DNA from: the human T2T-CHM13v2.0 reference genome, Homo sapiens
Assembly (NCBI RefSeq): GCF_009914755.1
Contig: NC_060948.1
Direction: 5' to 3' (one strand)
DNA length: 64,000 bases
Shown here: positions 58,375-64,000 of the stretch, piece after piece
How positions within the stretch are numbered: position 1 is the stretch's first letter
Layout: every line of letters begins with the position of its first letter
Program-made: the position numbers and the translations under genes
Notes under the pieces: model-generated
Told to the model about the DNA's origin: nothing
The model's input: the letters and a program-made list of their open reading frames with translations, nothing else
Databases searched by the model: none

Positions 58375-60478
58375 AGATCCATATTTTTTAAATGAAAAAA
58401 AATTTCAAAGGTACTCTGCTTGGTACAATAATCAAATGTATAAACTGAGGAATAAAACATAACCATGAAACCTACTTATAACTGCATATGGAAAATACAG
58501 AGGATAATTTTTTAAATAACATATTTTGAAAGCCTTAACTAGTAATTTGAAGAGTTGGCATTTGAAAGGCCAGTATGAATATACCTTCAAAGCAGCAACA
58601 CAGGTTCCCCATGAGAAAAAGCAAACACAGGGAAAATAAAAACACAAAGGTTCAATCTCTTCTGACCTTTGAAAGACACAGCACAGACAGTGGTCCTTAG
58701 GACGAAGAGCAGGAGACCCCTAATTCCGTCACCATGGCGATAGGGCATAAACATTGCTGGGTGAGGGCACAATCCACATTGTGAGGTCCAACTGCTGCCA
58801 GGAAGACAGGAGTGCTTTTACATAGACCGAAAGGTCATTGAAGGCTCAGAGTTTTGTTTCAAGAACTGAATCCCAAGCCCACACGTTATTAGGCTGCGCT
58901 TCTTAAAACAAGTTATGAGATGGGAAAAAGGGCACCCACAAACATACGTATACATTATGTATATAATAATATACAGTATCATATATATAATATATATAAC
59001 CTATGTATAATATTGTTTTACATCCTGCATCTTATGTTATATATATTGTATAAAATATAATAATTGATAATATATAAGTTTTATATTTATACAATATGAC
59101 ATATAATATATATTATAATTTATGACATATATAATATATGTTATATATCATATATAGAATATATTATACGGTTAATATACGTATTAAATATAAATTATAC
59201 ATTATATATATTATATATAATATATCTGTTATATATAATAACCATTATGCATAATATATACATTATGTCTATGTTATATATAGTATAAAACAACATATAA
59301 TAATATATAATTGTATATGTAAAATGCGACATATAATATATATTATATTTTATAACATATGTAATATATATTATACATTATATATAATACGTTGTATGAA
59401 TAATACCTATATTAAATATATATTATATGACTATGTTATTAATTACATGTCACATGTGTTATATATTATATATTTTACATAGAATATACCGGTTGCATAC
59501 AATATATACTATGTTACCTATAATGTATAATTTATTACATGTAAAATAAAGAATGCAATATATTATGTATAATTTATAATATACAATATGTGGAATGTGA
59601 TATATATAACATATAATATATGATATATGATATAGAGTATATGATATATAACATACAATATATGATTCCTAATATATATGGTATACAATATATATTTTAT
59701 GATATGTATTCTATATGTTTTATATTCTGTTATATATAACTATTTGAAATTATATATAATCTATAATATTTTATGTAAATATGTAATATAATATATATAA
59801 CTATATAATATATTATATATAACTATATATTATGTTATATATACTTTTATAACATAATTTACATAAAATATCATAATATAATATATATTATATTATTTCA
59901 TATTACATAATATATATTACATATCACCCAATATAACTAACATACATAATATTATAATATAGATTATATTGTGTTATATTAAATATCATATATATCATGT
60001 ATCATATATTCTATAATATATAATACACATTATATAATATGTATGTTGTCTATTATGTGATATATATAACTATATATATAATTATATTTTTATACATACA
60101 ACTAGATAAACATGTAATTCTACATATTTTCATTTATAATATGTAGAATTATATAATCATATATAATTATTTATATTCTATAAAAAATTTTATCATTATA
60201 TAAATTATAATATATAAAAATTATAATATGTACTACAAATATATATATTATATATCATATATGCTATAGTTCCTTTGTTATATATCATAATACATATAAA
60301 TGTGTATTATGTTATCTATAATTATATAATTTCATATATAAGTTGTATAATATGTATCATATATTATATATGTTATGTAATATATATAGTATATATAAGA
60401 TGACACAGGATAAATATTATATACTATGACATATAAAATATATGAGGTTATATGTTACATATAAGGCATAGCACATAA

Positions 60479-60793
<315 letters not shown>

Positions 60794-62897
60794 AGATCCA
60801 TATTTTTTAAATGAAAAAAAATTTCAAAGGTACTCTGCTTGGTACAATAATCAAATGTATAAACTGAGGAATAAAACATAACCATGAAACCTACTTATAA
60901 CTGCATATGGAAAATACAGAGGATAATTTTTTAAATAACATATTTTGAAAGCCTTAACTAGTAATTTGAAGAGTTGGCATTTGAAAGGCCAATATGAATA
61001 TACCTTCAAAGCAGCAACACAGGTTCCCCATGAGAAAAAGCAAACACAGGGAAAATAAAAACACAAAGGTTCAATCTCTTCTGACCTTTGAAAGACACAG
61101 CACAGACAGTGGTCCTTAGGACGAAGAGCAGGAGACCCCTAATTCCGTCACCATGGCGATAGGGCATAAACATTGCTGGGTGAGGGCACAATCCACATTG
61201 TGAGGTCCAACTGCTGCCAGGAAGACAGGAGTGCTTTTACATAGACCGAAAGGTCATTGAAGGCTCAGAGTTTTGTTTCAAGAACTGAATCCCAAGCCCA
61301 CACGTTATTAGGCTGCGCTTCTTAAAACAAGTTATGAGATGGGAAAAAGGGCACCCACAAACTTACGTATACATTATGTATATAATAATATACAGTATCA
61401 TATATATAATATATATAACCTATGTATAATATTGTTTTACATCCTGCATCTTATGTTATATATATTGTATAAAATATAATAATTGATAATATATAAGTTT
61501 TATAATTATACAATATGACATATAGTATATATTATAATTTATGACATATATAATATATGTTATATGTCATATATAGAATATATTATACGGTTAACATACG
61601 TATTAAATATAAATTATACATTATATATATTATATATAATATATCTGTTATATGTAATACCCATTATGCATAATATATATATTATGTCTATGTTATATAT
61701 AGTATAAAACAACATATAATAATATATAATTGTATATATAAAATGCGACATATAATATATATTATATTTTATAACATATGTAATATATATTATATATTAT
61801 ATATAATACGTTGTATGTATAATACCTATATTAAATATATATTATATGACTATGTTATTAATTACATGTCACATGTGTTATATATTATATATTTTACATA
61901 GAATATACTGGTTACATACAATATATACTATGTTACCTATAATGTATAATTTATTACCTGTAAAATAAAGAATGCAATATATTATGTAAAATTTATAATA
62001 TACCATATGTGGAATGTCATATATATAACATATAATATATGATATATGATATACAGTATATGATATATAACATACAATATATGATTCCTAATATATATGG
62101 TATGCAATATATATTTTATGATATGTATTCTATATGTTTTATATTCTGTTATATATAACTATTTGAAATTATATATAACTGTATAATATTTTATGTAAAT
62201 ATGTAATATAATATATATAATATATAATATATTATATATAACTATATATTATGTTATATATACTTTTATAACATAATTTACATAAAATATCATAATATAA
62301 TATATATTATATTATTTCATATTACATAATATATATTACATATCACCCAATATAACTAACATACATAATATTATAATATAGATTATATTATGTTATATTA
62401 AATATCATATATATCATGTATCATATATTCTATAATATATATTACAAATTATATAATATGTATGTTGTCTATTATGTGATATATATAACTATATATATAA
62501 TTATATTTTTATACATATAACTAGATAAACATGTAATTCTACATATTTTCATTTATAATATGTAGAATTATATAATCATATATAATTATTTATATTCTAT
62601 AAAAAATTTTATCATTATATAAATTATAATATATAAAAATTATAATATGTACTACAAATATATATATTATATATCATATATGATATACTACCTTTGTTAT
62701 ATATCATAATACATATAAATGTGTATTATGTTATCTATAATTATATAATTTCATATATAAGATGTATAATATGTATCATACATTACATATGTTATGTAAT
62801 ATATATAGTATATATAAGATGACACAGGATAAATATTATATACTATGACATATAAAATATATGAGGTTATATGTTACATATAAGGCATAGCACATAA

Positions 62898-63212
<315 letters not shown>

Positions 63213-64000
63213 AGATCCATATTTTTTAAATGAAAAAAAATTTCAAAGGTACTCTGCTTGGTACAATAATCAAATGTATAAACTGAGGAATAAAACATAA
63301 CCATGAAACCTACTTATAACTGCATATGGAAAATACAGAGGATAATTTTTTAAATAACATATTTTGAAAGCCTTAACTAGTAATTTGAAGAGTTGGCATT
63401 TGAAAGGCCAGTATGAATATACCTTCAAAGCAGCAACACAGGTTCCCCATGAGAAAAAGCAAACACAGGGAAAATAAAAACACAAAGGTTCAATCTCTTC
63501 TGACCTTTGAAAGACACAGCACAGACAGTGGTCCTTAGGACGAAGAGCAGGAGACCCCTAATTCCGTCACCATGGCGATAGGGCATAAACATTGCTGGGT
63601 GAGGGCACAATCCACATTGTGAGGTCCAACTGCTGCCAGGAAGACAGGAGTGCTTTTACATAGACCGAAAGGTCATTGAAGGCTCAGAGTTTTGTTTCAA
63701 GAACTGAATCCCAAGCCCACACGTTATTAGGCTGCACTTCTTAAAACAAGTTATGAGATGGGAAAAAGGGCACCCACAAACATACGTATACATTATGTAT
63801 ATAATAATATACAGTATCATATATATAATATATATAACCTATGTATAATATTGTTTTACATCCTGCATCTTATGTTATATATATTGTATAAAATATAATA
63901 ATTGATAATATATAAGTTTTATAATTATACAATATGACATATAGTATATATTATAATTTATGACATATATAATATATGTTATATGTCATATATAGAATAT

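Overview
The whole 64 kb window is one head-to-tail tandem array of a ~2.42 kb unit (about 26.5 copies, spacing 2412-2420 bp, all in one orientation). Each unit has a diverged minus-strand Alu (~290 bp), a ~570 bp moderately GC-rich HSATI-type segment and ~1.55 kb of very AT-rich low-complexity DNA. This layout, a ~2.14 kb HaeIII fragment and a single MspI site per unit match human DYZ2/HSat1B, most likely Yq12 heterochromatin. I find no credible protein-coding gene, RNA gene or new multi-gene system; the ORF track is the same spurious ORFs repeated once per unit. The informative signal is in unit-to-unit variants (units numbered U1-U27 by Alu copy): two subfamily domains switching near 22.7-24.3 kb, a ~29.02 kb (12-unit) duplication, 6-, 2- and 1-unit duplications, chimeric units, short conversion-like tracts and a divergent first unit. 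Speculative functional leads are retained Pol III boxes and repeated NBRE/TCF motifs. All variant calls were made by eye.
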